Origin: Candidatus Thalassarchaeaceae archaeon
Lineage (GTDB): Archaea > Thermoplasmatota > Poseidoniia > Poseidoniales > Thalassarchaeaceae
Assembly (NCBI GenBank): GCA_030747675.1
Contig: JASLKH010000043.1
Location: 1-24,944, forward strand
Reading direction: 5' to 3'
Length of the DNA: 24,944 bases
The notes under the pieces were generated by a model. The model did no database searches and was not told where the DNA came from. It saw only the letters and a program-made list of their open reading frames with translations. Every line of letters begins with the position of its first letter. The stretch's first letter is position 1. Shown one piece after another: positions 24,921-24,944 of the stretch. The position numbers and the translations under genes are program-made.

Positions 24921-24944
24921 AAAGAAAAAGAAAAAGTAAAAGTA
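24921..24944 (-). terminator. Possible oligo-U terminator of a convergent gene lying beyond the window
   Basis: A-rich run aaagaaaaagaaaaagtaaaagta reads as T-rich on the minus strand. The upstream gene is not visible. Confidence 0.2.

Overview
Archaeal chromosomal window, most likely Marine Group II / Ca. Poseidoniales (inferred from gene content: DGGGP synthase, GPN-loop GTPase, DUF106-cmk-cbf5 block, archaeosortase, DUF3860-like wHTH, cadherin/CARDB surface protein). It is densely packed with about 25 CDS and two tRNAs (Glu-CUC on the minus strand, His-GUG on the plus strand). No mobile element, CRISPR array or rRNA was seen. Most genes are housekeeping (lipid synthesis, argF, Cbf5, DEAD-box helicase, Rqc2/RqcH, RibA, TusA, AKR, LemA). 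The standout is a 903-aa cytosolic protein (3862-6573). It has a Pro/acidic repeat N-terminus, a region matching the adaptin mu-homology domain at several separate points, further Ig-like modules, an acidic tandem-repeat spacer and a perfect RanBP2/NZF-type zinc finger. It is divergent from a GPN GTPase, convergent with a TPR protein and close to an EMC3/TMCO1 insertase that carries an unusual Zn-ribbon tail. Other signals are a recurrent TT[G/C]A[A/T] element 23-25 nt before many start codons (implying leaderless mRNAs and allowing several starts to be corrected), two small ORFs below the ORF-track cutoff, a degenerate zincin-like protein, a GIDE/LemA pair and a Nudix-MBL fusion. All family assignments come from motif recognition without database searches.
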